Of a stretch of 64,000 nt of DNA, positions 31,317 to 41,938 are shown piece after piece. The stretch covers positions 4,776-68,775 of the forward strand of contig JAZQXH010000067.1 of NCBI GenBank assembly GCA_045632745.1, written 5' to 3'. The notes under the pieces were generated by a model. The model made no database searches. It had not been told where the DNA came from and saw nothing but the letters and a program-made list of their open reading frames with translations. The stretch comes from Alloprevotella sp. (lineage in GTDB: Bacteria; Bacteroidota; Bacteroidia; Bacteroidales; Bacteroidaceae). The first letter of the stretch is position 1. Every line of letters begins with the position of its first letter. The position numbers were made by a program, and so were the translations under genes.

Positions 31317-32027
31317 TTACAGGTAAAAATCTCTTGTCAGTTTTGTGTAGGCTTCAGAACGCGGATTTTCGTTGTTGTCCTGTAGGATAAGTTCGTCGTG
31401 TGTAGTGATAATGGCTTGGGTCGTTTGGCGAAGTTCCAAAAGTAGTCTGCGTGGTGATTTTCCGCTACGCGTGATGACTGCTGTGCGGCGTACGAGTGTG
31501 AAATGAGCCGCAACACATGCTGCTATAAAGGAAGCTTCTGCCGTAGTGGGAATAATTACGCAAAATCTGCCACCTTCTTTGATAAGGCGTCGAGCATGAG
31601 TTGTAAGCATAGCAAAGTTTAAAGAAGTGTCGGCATGGCGAGCTGCAGAACGACGATTGTCTGGGCAGCGAAGTGCTTCTTCAAAATAGGGCGGGTTGCT
31701 TACGATGAGGTCGAATTTCTTCTCTGTTTTAAAGTTTGAAATGTCGGTTGATTCAATCCGTATATTATTGCTCCATGGCGATGCTGCAGCATTTTCAGCA
31801 GCTTGTTGTGCAGCATCGGTATCGATTTCAACACCAACAACTTCCTCGACTCCGCGTTGAGCAATCATGAGCGCTACTAACCCCGAACCTGTTCCGATGT
31901 CGAGCGCTGTGTTTACTCCTTCTGTTGAGGACCAGGCACCGAGTAGCACGCCATCTGTGCCTACTTTCATTGCGCAGCGGTCATGGTATATTCTGAATTG
32001 TTTGAAGTCGAAGTAAGATTTTGGCAT
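31317..32027 (-). CDS. tRNA1(Val) A37 N6-methyltransferase (YfiC/TrmN6 family)
   Basis: FKQF...AMKVGTDGVLLGAW, LDIGTGSG, SNPPY. Confidence 0.88.
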   Translation of the reverse strand: MPKSYFDFKQFRIYHDRCAMKVGTDGVLLGAWSSTEGVNTALDIGTGSGLVALMIAQRGVEEVVGVEIDTDAAQQAAENAAASPWSNNIRIESTDISNFKTEKKFDLIVSNPPYFEEALRCPDNRRSAARHADTSLNFAMLTTHARRLIKEGGRFCVIIPTTAEASFIAACVAAHFTLVRRTAVITRSGKSPRRLLLELRQTTQAIITTHDELILQDNNENPRSEAYTKLTRDFYL

Positions 32028-32304
32028 TTTTCTTTTTTTTGTCTTAAGCAGAAATGAGTATGAAATTAAATTGCAAAGATATGGAGAAGTTTTGGGGTAT
32101 TTGTCATTTTCAGTCGTAAATCGATGGTGTGTCTAATTGTAGTTACGCTATAATGACATTGAACTTGTAGAATGCTGTTCTGAAAATCTGATTCAAACGG
32201 TTTTAAGTTTCGAAATGCTGCGTGTTTCATTAGTTTTTTGTAAATTTGCACGAAATTGGCGGCAATGTGGCCCTGATTGGAAAATATATACCAAAAGAGA
32301 TATT

Positions 32305-33441
32305 ATGCCCTTGACTTTTGAACTTCAATGTACAGATAAAAATAGTTGTGCGCGTGCCGGACTTATAACGACTGACCATGGTCAAATCGAGACTCCCATT
32401 TTCATGCCTGTCGGTACGGTAGGTAGTGTGAAGGGGGTGCATCTTCATGAAATAAAGGATGATATTCAAGCGCAAATTATTCTTGGAAATACTTATCATC
32501 TATATCTTCGTCCCGGTCTTGAAGTGATTGAAAGGGCTGGCGGATTACATAAGTTTAATGGTTTTGATCGTCCGATGTTGACTGACTCGGGTGGTTTTCA
32601 AGTATTTTCTTTGACGGGAATACGCAAACTTACGGATGAAGGTTGCGAGTTTCGTTCGCATATTGATGGAAGTAAGCATTTCTTTACACCCGAAAAGGTG
32701 ATGGACATTGAGCGTACGATTGGTGCAGACATTATGATGGCATTCGACGAATGTCCTCCTGGTACGGCAGACTATTCTTATGCACGCAAGAGTCTGGATT
32801 TAACCCATCGTTGGTTGGAGCGTTGCATAAAGCGATTTAATGAGACGGAACCAAAGTATGGTTATCATCAGTCGCTTTTCCCTATCGTTCAGGGGTGTAC
32901 GTACAAAGACTTGCGCAGAGAGAGTGCATTGTTTATGGCAGAAAAGGATGCCGAGGGCTATGCTATCGGTGGATTGGCGGTAGGCGAGCCTGCTGAGGTG
33001 ATGTACGAAATGATAGAGGTCGTAAACGAAGTGTTGCCAACAAGCAAACCTCGTTACTTGATGGGGGTAGGTACGCCCGTCAATATCCTCGAGGCGATAG
33101 AGCGCGGTGTGGATATGTTCGACTGTGTGATGCCTACGCGCAACGGTCGCAACGCTTGTCTCTTTACTTCGGAAGGTGTGCTTAATATGCGCAATGCTAA
33201 GTGGGCTACGGATTTCTCTCCTGTTGACCCCATGGGGCATAGTTTTGTAGATTTACACTACACGAAAGCTTATCTCCACCATCTCTATAAGGCAAAAGAG
33301 TTGTTGGCTCTGCAGATAGGTTCAATCCACAATCTGGCATTCTACTTGTGGCTCGTGAAAGAGGCTCGTCGTCATATTATAGCAGGTGATTTCTCTGCAT
33401 GGAAGCGCGAGATGGTTGTGAAGTTGAGCCGACGTTTGTAG
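32305..33441 (+). CDS. tgt: Queuine tRNA-ribosyltransferase
   Basis: TPIFMPVGT, NTYHL, TDSGGFQ, DMFDCV.PTR. Confidence 0.96.
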   Translation: MPLTFELQCTDKNSCARAGLITTDHGQIETPIFMPVGTVGSVKGVHLHEIKDDIQAQIILGNTYHLYLRPGLEVIERAGGLHKFNGFDRPMLTDSGGFQVFSLTGIRKLTDEGCEFRSHIDGSKHFFTPEKVMDIERTIGADIMMAFDECPPGTADYSYARKSLDLTHRWLERCIKRFNETEPKYGYHQSLFPIVQGCTYKDLRRESALFMAEKDAEGYAIGGLAVGEPAEVMYEMIEVVNEVLPTSKPRYLMGVGTPVNILEAIERGVDMFDCVMPTRNGRNACLFTSEGVLNMRNAKWATDFSPVDPMGHSFVDLHYTKAYLHHLYKAKELLALQIGSIHNLAFYLWLVKEARRHIIAGDFSAWKREMVVKLSRRL

Positions 33442-33653
33442 AGATGGATTTGATTTGGAAATATAACATTTATTTCAATTAATAAGGGTGTAACATCAAA
33501 ATTTACAGACGATTTTTCATATTCTTTAGGTGATGGAGGTCGGGGCTTACGGATGGAGATTTTCCTAACTCATGCCTTATAACCTTACAACCTCACCTTC
33601 CCCTTAATTGTAATTAGGATTTGTGATAACTAATTGTTTTATAATTAGTACGT

Positions 33654-34766
33654 ATGAAAATAAATCTTCAAAAGATAGGGATATATAAGATTGACCAATA
33701 TGTCATAAAGAAGTTCCTTTCGACTTACATATTCTTGATAGGCATCATCATTACGATTGCCATTATCTTCGACTTTAATGAGAAGATCGATAAATTCACG
33801 CAGAGTGGTGCAACTTTGACGCAAGTTGTTATGGACTACTACGTGAATTTTATCCCATATTTTGTCAATCTTTTCAGTCCGCTCTTTGTATTCATCAGCG
33901 TAATCTTTTTCACAACAAAGTTGGCTGATAATTCTGAAATTATCGCGATGAAAAGTGCAGGGATGAGTTTTCGAAGATTGTTGCGCCCCTATATGATTTC
34001 GGCTGCTGTTATTGCAGTTATTACATTTGTATTGGGAGCTTACGTGATTCCGCGTGGTAATGTAGCAAAGGTGGATTTTGAAAATGCGTATATCAAAAAG
34101 CGTAACATTACGGTGGCTGAGAATATTCAGATGCAGGTGGATACCGGGGTTGTGGCTTACATTACGCGTTTTGATAACAATCGTAAGAGTGGTTATGGGT
34201 TTTCGCTCGACCGTTTTGAGGGTAAGAAGTTGGTGAGCCATCTGACAGCTCAAACGATTCAGTACGATACGTTGGCGGAACGACGCTATTCATGGACTCT
34301 TCGTAATTATCAGATACGTACACTCCAAGGGCAGCGCGAACAAATTAAGAGTGGTTCTACCATTGATACGATTATCGTGATGGAACCTAAAGACTTTTTC
34401 TATATAAAAGGTCAACAGGAAACTCTGACACTGCCAGAATTGGATGAATTTATCGACCGACAGAAGTTGCGTGGCGCTGCGGGTATCAGTACTTTTGAAG
34501 TAGAATATCACAAACGTTTTGCAACGCCTTTTGCTGCGTTTATTCTTACTATCATTGGGGTTTCGCTTTCGTCAGAAAAGCGAAAAGGCGGAATGGGATT
34601 CTCAATTGCGGTCGGTATTGCATTGAGTTTTGCCTACATTTTGTTTCAAACAATATCTTCGACCTTTGCGATAAATGCAGGATGGTCGCCTATGATTTCA
34701 GTTTGGATTCCCAATATTTTATTTGCGTTCATCGCCTTTGGCCTTTATAAGCGAACGCCCGAATAG
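33654..34766 (+). CDS. LptF/LptG family permease
   Basis: 3+3 TM topology, SEIIAMKSAG. Confidence 0.88.
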   Translation: MKINLQKIGIYKIDQYVIKKFLSTYIFLIGIIITIAIIFDFNEKIDKFTQSGATLTQVVMDYYVNFIPYFVNLFSPLFVFISVIFFTTKLADNSEIIAMKSAGMSFRRLLRPYMISAAVIAVITFVLGAYVIPRGNVAKVDFENAYIKKRNITVAENIQMQVDTGVVAYITRFDNNRKSGYGFSLDRFEGKKLVSHLTAQTIQYDTLAERRYSWTLRNYQIRTLQGQREQIKSGSTIDTIIVMEPKDFFYIKGQQETLTLPELDEFIDRQKLRGAAGISTFEVEYHKRFATPFAAFILTIIGVSLSSEKRKGGMGFSIAVGIALSFAYILFQTISSTFAINAGWSPMISVWIPNILFAFIAFGLYKRTPE

Positions 34767-34786
34767 TTTATTCTATTATTAGATTT

Positions 34787-36052
34787 ATGCTTTTTGAAGA
34801 TTTACCATTATCCGAAGACATACTTGATGCGCTCTATGATATGCGATTTGAAACGTGTAGTCCTGTTCAGGAAAAGTGCATCCCATTATTATTGGAGCAG
34901 CGTGATGTCGTTGGTATCGCACAGACCGGAACCGGAAAAACGGCAGCCTACCTTCTTCCGTTGCTGACATTGTTGCAACAGCAATCGCATCCTGCTGATG
35001 CTGTGAAGTGTCTGATTATGTCACCTACGAGAGAACTTGCAAGGCAAATAGACCAAGCTCTGCAAGGTTTTGCTTACTACATGAATATTTCGAATGTTGC
35101 TATCTATGGTGGCAATGATGGCATTCGTTATGAGCAAGAGCGTAAGAGTTTACAGCAGGGGGCGGACGTAGTTATTGCAACACCGGGCAGGTTGATAACA
35201 CATTTGCAACTGGGTACTTTGGATTTAAGCAGAACGACCTATTTTGTGCTTGATGAGGCAGACCGTATGTTGGACATGGGTTTCGCGGAGGATATTAAGA
35301 CGATAGTTGAGCAGTTGCCTGAAAAGCGACAGACGGTGTTGTTTTCAGCAACGATGCCTCCAAAAATCAGAACGCTGGCAAAGCAGATTATGCATCATCC
35401 CGTCGAGGTGAATATCGCTATTAGCAAACCTGCTGATACTATCGAACAGGCAATTTATATGTGTCGTGAGGTTGATAAGTTGAGGTTGATAGAGCATATT
35501 TTTGCGCACGAAAGTTTAGAACGCGTGATACTGTTTGCTTCGTCAAAGCAGAGAGTGAAGGAAATTCATTCCATTTTGTTGCGCAAAAAATACAATGTTG
35601 CAGCAATGCATTCAGACCTCGAACAAGCTGAGCGTGATAAAACGATGCAACAGTTTAAAGCAAGGATGGTGGATATTCTTGTTGCTACCGATATTGTTGC
35701 CAGAGGTATTGATATTGATGATATCAGTTTGGTTGTTAATTTTGATGTTCCTCGTGATGCGGAGGATTATATTCATCGTATAGGCAGAGCGGGCAGAGCA
35801 GGGCGCGAAGGAAAGGCATTGACTGTAGTGAGCGAAAAGGATGCTATTTACCTCAAGCAGATAGAATCACTTTTGGAGCAGAAAATTCCTCGCCTTGAAT
35901 TGCCCGAAGGTTTTGAGAAATTGCAGTTGAAACCCGAGAAAACCATTTCGAGCGATTCGGTGAAACGAAAAAAACGAGGAGGTAAAAACGGGTATAATAA
36001 AAATCATAAACGAAAGAAGAAACCTTCATCAGAATCTGTTTCTAAGGGGTAA
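34787..36052 (+). CDS. DEAD-box RNA helicase
   Basis: AQTGTGKT, PTRELA, DEAD, SAT, HRIGR. Confidence 0.95.
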   Translation: MLFEDLPLSEDILDALYDMRFETCSPVQEKCIPLLLEQRDVVGIAQTGTGKTAAYLLPLLTLLQQQSHPADAVKCLIMSPTRELARQIDQALQGFAYYMNISNVAIYGGNDGIRYEQERKSLQQGADVVIATPGRLITHLQLGTLDLSRTTYFVLDEADRMLDMGFAEDIKTIVEQLPEKRQTVLFSATMPPKIRTLAKQIMHHPVEVNIAISKPADTIEQAIYMCREVDKLRLIEHIFAHESLERVILFASSKQRVKEIHSILLRKKYNVAAMHSDLEQAERDKTMQQFKARMVDILVATDIVARGIDIDDISLVVNFDVPRDAEDYIHRIGRAGRAGREGKALTVVSEKDAIYLKQIESLLEQKIPRLELPEGFEKLQLKPEKTISSDSVKRKKRGGKNGYNKNHKRKKKPSSESVSKG

Positions 36053-36179
36053 AGATGAACTTCGTAATGCTGTTTTGAATGTTTCGTGTCGAAAAAAGTA
36101 AAAAGTGATATTCTCTTTCTTGCGAGATTCAAGCAGTTTTTGTAATTTTGCCGAATAATTTAAATACAAGTCTTTTAGA

Positions 36180-37010
36180 ATGAGCAGACTTTTCTACATA
36201 ATAGTGTTAACCTTTGTTATGCTCTTTTCTTCTTGTGGCAATTATAATAAGGTGCTTAAGTCAACTGATGTTGAGTTTAAGTACAATGCTGCAAAGGAGT
36301 ATTATGCAAAAGGTGAGTACAATCGTGCGGCTACAGTTTTGCAGATGATAGTTACATCACTGAAGGGTACTGAATATGGTCAAGAATCATTGTATCTTTA
36401 CGGTATGAGTAATTACTATGCTGAAAATTATGAAGCGGCAACTGCTATCTTTAGAAAGTTTTATCAAACTTATCCCAAGGGGCAGTATACTGAAAAAACT
36501 CGCTTTTATGCAGGATTGGCGCTGATGGCTGAAATCCCTGAACCAAAGTTGGATCAGACTGCTACCTACGAGGCAATTACGGAATTCCAGAATTTCGTAG
36601 AAGTTTATCCCAACAGTGAGTTGCGCGAACAGGCTATGGCACACATTTATTATATGGAAGATGTGCTGGTGGAAAAAGAGTACCTCTCAGCAAAACTCTA
36701 TTATGATTTGGGAGATTATTTTGGCAATTGCCCTACGGGTGGTAGTAATTATCAGGCATGTATCGTAACGGCTGAAAATGCCATCAGAGATTATCCCTAT
36801 ACTACATTGCGCGAAAAATTTGCGATTCTCATACTCAAAGCAAAATTTGAGTTGGCAGAAAAGAGTATTGAAGAAAAGAAAGAGGAACGCTACCATAATG
36901 CGATTGATGAATATTATGGTTTCACTAATGAGTATCCCGAATCTACTTTCATGAAGGAAGCAACAAAACTCTTTGAAAAAGCAAAGAAGTATGCTCCTGC
37001 CGAAAATTGA
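36180..37010 (+). CDS. bamD: Outer membrane protein assembly factor BamD
   Basis: Lipobox, TPRs, LDQ..T..AI..FQ; upstream of rpoZ. Confidence 0.88.
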   Translation: MSRLFYIIVLTFVMLFSSCGNYNKVLKSTDVEFKYNAAKEYYAKGEYNRAATVLQMIVTSLKGTEYGQESLYLYGMSNYYAENYEAATAIFRKFYQTYPKGQYTEKTRFYAGLALMAEIPEPKLDQTATYEAITEFQNFVEVYPNSELREQAMAHIYYMEDVLVEKEYLSAKLYYDLGDYFGNCPTGGSNYQACIVTAENAIRDYPYTTLREKFAILILKAKFELAEKSIEEKKEERYHNAIDEYYGFTNEYPESTFMKEATKLFEKAKKYAPAEN

Positions 37011-37035
37011 TAATTAAAAAAACTTCATATAAACT

Positions 37036-37374
37036 ATGGACTACAAGAAATCAAAGGCTCCCACAAACACTGTTACTCACAACCTTATGGACTTCTGCAA
37101 GGGTACGGATAACATTTACGAAAGTATTGCTATCATGGCAAAACGTTCAAATCAAATTGCTGTTAAGATGAAGGAAGACCTCAATAAGAAGTTGAAGGAA
37201 TTCTCTTCTGGTAATGATAATTTGGAAGAAACTTTCGAAAACTTAGAGCAAATCGAAATCAGCCGCTATTATGAAAAGCTTCCCAAACCCACATTGATTG
37301 CTGCGGAAGAATTTATTCATGGTCGCGTGTACCATCGTAATCCTGCTAAGGAAAAGGAAAGTCTTGACGACTAA
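37036..37374 (+). CDS. rpoZ: RNA polymerase omega subunit (Bacteroidetes type)
   Basis: NIYESIAIMAKRSNQI, EQIEISRYYEKLPKP. Confidence 0.88.
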   Translation: MDYKKSKAPTNTVTHNLMDFCKGTDNIYESIAIMAKRSNQIAVKMKEDLNKKLKEFSSGNDNLEETFENLEQIEISRYYEKLPKPTLIAAEEFIHGRVYHRNPAKEKESLDD

Positions 37375-37482
37375 GATTTTCAATGTAACGATAAAAAAGA
37401 GTAGGCAAGTGAGATTTTGCTTTGTAAAGCGCTCATTTGTCTACTCCTTTTTTGTATCTTTGCAAAGGTTTAATGAAATAAT

Positions 37483-37560
37483 GAAGTTTCGTAAGTGCTC
37501 AAATTCTGAGGCGATGAGGTTTAGAGGTTATAAGGTTTTGAGGTACTCCTCCGGAATGCT
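37483..37560. repeat. Partial modular repeat (end motif, G-rich 8-mers, degenerate core)
   Basis: gaagtttcgtaagtgctcaaattc...gaggttataaggttttgagg..tccggaatg. Confidence 0.6.
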
Positions 37561-37726
37561 TTCCCTTGATGCCTAAAATCGTTTGATTTGTTTGTAAAAC
37601 TTTAAATCAAAGAAATAGTCTTTGCGAAATTCAAGTAAAATCTTTTAATGGGTAATGGCGAAATCTGCCCTGCATGTAGCAGTGGTTGGTTTCTGTTATT
37701 GCCGATTCACAAAAAACATATATTGT

Positions 37727-38191
37727 ATGATTCAACGTATTCAGACAGTTTATTTGCTGTTAGTTATTTTGCTTTTTGCTACCATGGCTTTTTTGCCATT
37801 TGCACACTTTGAGTTGGGAGATGAAGCTGCAGTATTTTCAAGTTTTGTTTTTAGTTTTGAGAATGCCGAACTTTTTCCATCGCGTCCCTCTGTTGCATGG
37901 GGTGGAGTTTTTTTCACTCTCGTTAATATAGTTTATGCTTTGCGCATTATTTTTGATTATAACAATCGACGTCGTCAAGCGCGTGGGTGTACTTTCCTAC
38001 TTCTTTTTACGGTTTTGTTGTGGGTTACAATGGCTACATACTCAGCCGTATTTATGTTTAAGTCGGGCGCATCATTGATGCCATCTTATGCTGTTGCGAT
38101 GCCATTTGTGGCGTTGATTTTTATTGCTTTGGCAAAAAAGGCTATTCTTAGCGATGAACGTTTGGTGCGTTCGGCAGATCGCTTGCGCTAA
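37727..38191 (+). CDS. DUF4293 membrane protein
   Basis: MIQRIQTVYL...DERLVRSADRLR. Confidence 0.88.
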   Translation: MIQRIQTVYLLLVILLFATMAFLPFAHFELGDEAAVFSSFVFSFENAELFPSRPSVAWGGVFFTLVNIVYALRIIFDYNNRRRQARGCTFLLLFTVLLWVTMATYSAVFMFKSGASLMPSYAVAMPFVALIFIALAKKAILSDERLVRSADRLR

Positions 38192-38247
38192 CTTAAATCT
38201 TAACCCCTTTAAATATCACTTCATAACTTTTTAATATCATTTTGCTT

Positions 38248-38670
38248 ATGTCATTGAATAAAGTAATGCTTATTGGTAACGTTGGTCGTGACCCCGAAGT
38301 GAAATATATTGACCAGGGTGTAGCAACAGCTACGCTTAGTCTTGCGACAAACACACCGGGTTACACTCTTCCTAACGGAACTGTTGTGCCCGAGCGCACA
38401 GAGTGGCATCGTGTGCTGTTGTGGCGAAAATTGGCTGAGGTTGTTGAAAAATATGTGCGTAAGGGTGACAAACTTTATATTGAGGGCGAACTCCGTACAC
38501 GTAGCTATACGGATAAAAAAGGTATTTCTCACACAATTACTGAAGTGTGGGCTAACTCTATGGAGATGTTAACGTCTAAACCTTCTTCGGCTTCGTCTAC
38601 GCAGCCAGAACTTGCATCCGTGTCTGGAGTTGTTGATGGTAATCAAGAAGATAAAGGGTTGCCTTTTTAG
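38248..38670 (+). CDS. ssb: Single-stranded DNA-binding protein
   Basis: LNKVMLIGNVGRDP, TEWH, C-terminal LPF. Confidence 0.95.
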   Translation: MSLNKVMLIGNVGRDPEVKYIDQGVATATLSLATNTPGYTLPNGTVVPERTEWHRVLLWRKLAEVVEKYVRKGDKLYIEGELRTRSYTDKKGISHTITEVWANSMEMLTSKPSSASSTQPELASVSGVVDGNQEDKGLPF

Positions 38671-38946
38671 AAACTGTTTAAATTTATGTTCTTGAAATTT
38701 TTATAGAACTTTTTTAGCGTGTTTTTTATTTTTTTAAGGCGCATAGCGGGCTATACAACTGCAAAAAGGGAAAAACAGGCAAAAATGGGCATAAAAAGAC
38801 AAGCACTTCTCGCGGATAATGTAAATAATATTTTTGAAAGAAATTTAAACAGTTTCTTAGTCATTGAATTTTATAGAACCTACCTATAGTAAGAGTATCA
38901 CAATGTTCTTTGTAGTGATACTCTTCTTTTTTTCGAAGATAAAATT

Positions 38947-39693
38947 ATGTTGTCTACACAGATTAAAAATGTGCGTGATGCTACAACACACGAAGAACTA
39001 TTCCCCCATTCTTCACATCGTATAGACGTTTTTCTTTTATCATCAGCTAAACTCCTGGCTGATGGTTTAAAGCAGCAGAATATAGAATTGCATGATGAAA
39101 CGCGATGTGCCTCACATGGTATTGAGATTTATTTGTTGCCAACATCGCAGTTCAACCTGGATGAGTTGAAGTCGTATTTGCCTGCGTCAATTGTGCAGCA
39201 GGCGTGTAGTTGTTACAAGTCAGAGAAACGTCAAATGGAGTTTTTGGCTACTCGCTTTTTGTTAAGAAAAGTTTGTGGAGAGTCTGTAGAAATAGATTAT
39301 TATCCTACAGGTAGGCCTTTTTTAAAAGGAGAATTCCATCGTCATATTAGTATTTCGCACACGGAAGGATTTGTTGTTATAGCCTTACATGATTCGCCTG
39401 TAGGATTAGATGTGGAGCGCTTGTCGCAGCGTCAGCTTAGTTTGCGCCAGCGTTTTATGTCTGATGAAGAATGGACTCAAGCCTTGCAGTTTGTTTCGCC
39501 AGATGTTGCGGCTTCTATAGGTTGGAGTGTAAAGGAAGCATTGTATAAATTGGTGGATATTCCAGGAACTTCTTTGCTTGATGGGTTTGTGTGTCGCTGG
39601 GAGTCGGCTTCATTGTTGTTCGACGTGGCGTCTGGTAGTCATGTATCTGTAGCTATATGTGGTAATTTAGTGTTAGCAGTAGCATATCTTTAG
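38947..39693 (+). CDS. 4'-phosphopantetheinyl transferase family protein
   Basis: GRP, ISISHT, VGLDVE, WSVKEALYK. Confidence 0.85.
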   Translation: MLSTQIKNVRDATTHEELFPHSSHRIDVFLLSSAKLLADGLKQQNIELHDETRCASHGIEIYLLPTSQFNLDELKSYLPASIVQQACSCYKSEKRQMEFLATRFLLRKVCGESVEIDYYPTGRPFLKGEFHRHISISHTEGFVVIALHDSPVGLDVERLSQRQLSLRQRFMSDEEWTQALQFVSPDVAASIGWSVKEALYKLVDIPGTSLLDGFVCRWESASLLFDVASGSHVSVAICGNLVLAVAYL

Positions 39694-39764
39694 TCTTCTA
39701 AGAAGCTGAAGTGTGTGAAGGTTGACTAATACAACTCTGGCTTTCGCTGGGCTACAGCCAAAGT

Positions 39765-39900
39765 CAGGTTATGAGGTTGTTAGGTCGCTTCGCTTTAAGG
39801 TTTTCAGAGCTATTCAGAATGTTATTTCCTTAGGTAAGGTAAGCATACCGAATGGTAAAACTTATAACCTAATCAGCCAAAGCACTTTCGAAACTTAATT
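39765..39900. repeat. Modular repeat element
   Basis: Near copy of the 21595 and 52657 modules. Confidence 0.75.
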
Positions 39901-40136
39901 TACGAATAGTTTTCTTTGTGCGGTACAAAAATAGTGTGAACTAAGAAAAGAATCAGAGAGAACCAAATAAGAACCAATGAAGTTTTTTGTTATTAATATA
40001 TTTTTACATAACTTTGCAATCGGAAATTAGAAATGCTCCTTTCCGTAGAATTTGGAGCTCCATTTATTATTAAAGAAAAAGACTTTTTCGATGCAAAAAA
40101 ATGCCTTGAAATTTGTTTGTTTCAATAATTTTGATA

Positions 40137-40157
40137 GCAAGCAAGCAAGCAAGCAAG
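40137..40157. repeat. (GCAA)5 microsatellite
   Basis: gcaagcaagcaagcaagcaag. Confidence 0.85.
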
Positions 40158-40312
40158 TTAAGTAACACCGCTATATGAATATGACAGCGCATCTGTCAGC
40201 AAGGGAGTGTGTCCTTTGCTGACAGATGCGTTGTTTGTTTTGCAGTGTGGTTTTTAGTTGACTTTGGTTTTGGAGTGGTCTTTAAGATTAGGGGGGGCTT
40301 AAGTTTCGCAAA

Positions 40313-41643
40313 TAGTACTGGTGCGATAAAATCGCATAGGTTAGAAATCATCAAATAATGAGAGTTCATTGGCATAGGGGGATGAAATCTGATTTTGCCT
40401 CTTAGTTATCAAAGTTCTCAGTTCTGTTCTTTCCAAGGCTGAGATTCTAATCAATGTTGCAACCTCGGTAATAGAATATGGACTCTCATAATCCGCCCTT
40501 ATCCTAGCAATGGTTAGATAAGATATTATTGCTGTCCAGAGATGAACTTTAACAGCATTTTCGGAATATCTCCAAAGATATTTTATAACAATGTTTTGCT
40601 TAATCCATTTGAAGAACACCTCAATATCCCAACGATGCCTATAGAGGTTAGATGTTTCCAATGCGCTGACCTCGAAGTTATTGCTAATAAAGTCAACAAT
40701 GTTATCATTGTCCGGATCATAAACTCTTACAAATCTCATATCCTCTGGATATAACTTGTTGGATTTATGCCCAGTGACTTTAATCCGTGAATCCTCAACA
40801 ACACCTTTGGTTTCTTCTGGTATCTGCAATTGCGCCAAAGTTTTGAACTTCATGTTCTCCTTCGGACGAGACACCCACCATGCTTCAGCTCTATGAAATC
40901 GGAAAAGAGCTTTAAAATCGACATAAGCCTTGTCCATAACATAGAAGGCAAAAGGTTCGGGAGTTAGTTCGTCAAGCTCATTGCTATCATGCCATTTGCC
41001 ATCAGTGATATGGATATTAACGGGAATGCTACCTCTGAGGTCAAGTAGCGTATGCATCTTGACTGCACCTTTGCTATATTTCCCGAAAGCCCATGCCGCT
41101 AGCTTAATGCTAGTAGATATTGTGGTTGAATCCAAGGCATAAATAACGTTGTCAATGGTAATTTCAGAGAGGTGTACCTTCGAATATTTTGGTCTAACCA
41201 ACCCTATTAGATAAATACCAAGTCCCTCAAATATGCGATAATCCCTGTTTTCGTTAGCGCGTGACAATGATGTGTGTGTAACGTTTTTACGGAATCCGAG
41301 ATGATATAAAATCTTTGAGTGAGCTTCTAAACAAAGACATATATCTCTCAAAGATTGACATCCTGTCAACTGTCCAAATAGCAGATGTTGCAGATGATTA
41401 TAACTACTGAGATTCTTTACATGCCAATCGCCTTTATACAACTTTACAAGTTTATCAAATTGATATCGCGGTATAAATTCGAGAACCTGAGAGAACACAT
41501 ATTTACCTTGATTCATAATCCTGAAGTTTTGTAACTACAGAACTAATAAACCATTTTCAAATCGAAAAATCAAGAATTTCTTGTATTTATTTAAATATTA
41601 AACCTTTAACTAAAGTGGGTAGATTTTTATCGCACCACTACTA
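40313..41643 (-). mobile_element. IS4-family insertion sequence
   Basis: TIRs tagtactggtgcgataaaatc / gatttttatcgcaccactacta; 9-bp direct repeat tttcgcaaa at 40304-40312 and 41644-41652. Confidence 0.92.
40341..41516 (-). CDS. IS4-family DDE transposase (DUF4372 N-terminus)
   Basis: ALDSTTI, MDKAY, YRHRWDIEVFFKWIKQ (YREK motif). Confidence 0.93.
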   Translation of the reverse strand: MNQGKYVFSQVLEFIPRYQFDKLVKLYKGDWHVKNLSSYNHLQHLLFGQLTGCQSLRDICLCLEAHSKILYHLGFRKNVTHTSLSRANENRDYRIFEGLGIYLIGLVRPKYSKVHLSEITIDNVIYALDSTTISTSIKLAAWAFGKYSKGAVKMHTLLDLRGSIPVNIHITDGKWHDSNELDELTPEPFAFYVMDKAYVDFKALFRFHRAEAWWVSRPKENMKFKTLAQLQIPEETKGVVEDSRIKVTGHKSNKLYPEDMRFVRVYDPDNDNIVDFISNNFEVSALETSNLYRHRWDIEVFFKWIKQNIVIKYLWRYSENAVKVHLWTAIISYLTIARIRADYESPYSITEVATLIRISALERTELRTLITKRQNQISSPYANELSLFDDF

Positions 41644-41775
41644 TTTCGCAAATAATCATGGTATTTAAATTGGTTACATTCACTCGTCAGTAAATCAATA
41701 GGATTCTTCATACAGAATAGTTGTTTTTACTTGAGAAACTTAAGTAAGTTTTTTAGGACCATGCGGTCTGTATAG

Positions 41776-41896
41776 CCTCACAATCTCACAACCTTATTCA
41801 GTTGACAAGTTGACAAGTAAACGAGTTGACAAGATTGTTTGACTTGACACCGCGCAGCAGCTGTACTCTGTAAGTTGTACTCTAATCATAACCTTA
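41776..41896 (+). repeat. ~120-bp inverted repeat, left arm
   Basis: Reverse complement of 42898-43018, with few mismatches and 8-mer copy-number differences. Confidence 0.85.
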
Positions 41897-41938
41897 ATAT
41901 TAATATAAATATTCACCAATTAAATAATTATTAATTTT